Below, piece after piece: positions 63,875-64,000 of a stretch of DNA of 64,000 nt. The stretch is from Phoronis australis (taxonomy: Eukaryota; Animalia; Phoronida): positions 264,825-328,824 of the forward strand of contig NMRA01000291.1 in assembly GCA_002633005.1 (NCBI GenBank). Reading direction: 5' to 3'. Within the stretch, counting starts at the first letter, position 1; each line of letters starts with the position of its first letter. The notes below the pieces were generated by a model. It ran no database searches. It was not told the origin of the DNA and saw only the letters and a program-made list of their open reading frames with translations. Position numbers and translations under genes: made by a program.

Positions 63875-64000
63875 GCACAAACATAGCAAGGTAAAGATTT
63901 TGTCATCTAAGACTAAAGAACTTAGTTCCTCACTTAAAGCTGCTATATACTTGAGTTTCTATCAAAAACCAACTTCAGATTCAGATCACTTACTGTTAAT

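Overview
Eukaryotic, intron-rich, AT-rich genomic DNA from an invertebrate bilaterian (probably a lophotrochozoan; the taxon is inference). Four genes were reconstructed by hand from splice sites and reading-frame phase. (1) The last coding exon of holocarboxylase synthetase (HLCS, +). (2) A 2-exon, 436-aa Shaw/Kv3-type potassium channel gene (+) with a degenerate voltage sensor, selectivity filter and S6 gate. (3) A complete 6-coding-exon TMEM50 gene (+). (4) The 3' portion of tomosyn/STXBP5 (-, 5' end beyond the window), including a cluster of candidate alternative exons in the hypervariable loop. Introns and intergenic DNA hold MITE/foldback elements, SINE remnants and minisatellites. Most notable: the atypical Kv subunit; a foldback element carrying two divergent tRNA-like (GGC anticodon) units; a minisatellite that multiplies the TMEM50 splice donor; frame-enforced mutually exclusive tomosyn exons plus a microexon; a cluster of miR-92-family seed sites in the tomosyn 3' UTR; and a degenerate Penelope-type hammerhead inside a hairpin. 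No CRISPR array or prokaryotic system is present, and most ORFs in the supplied track are spurious.
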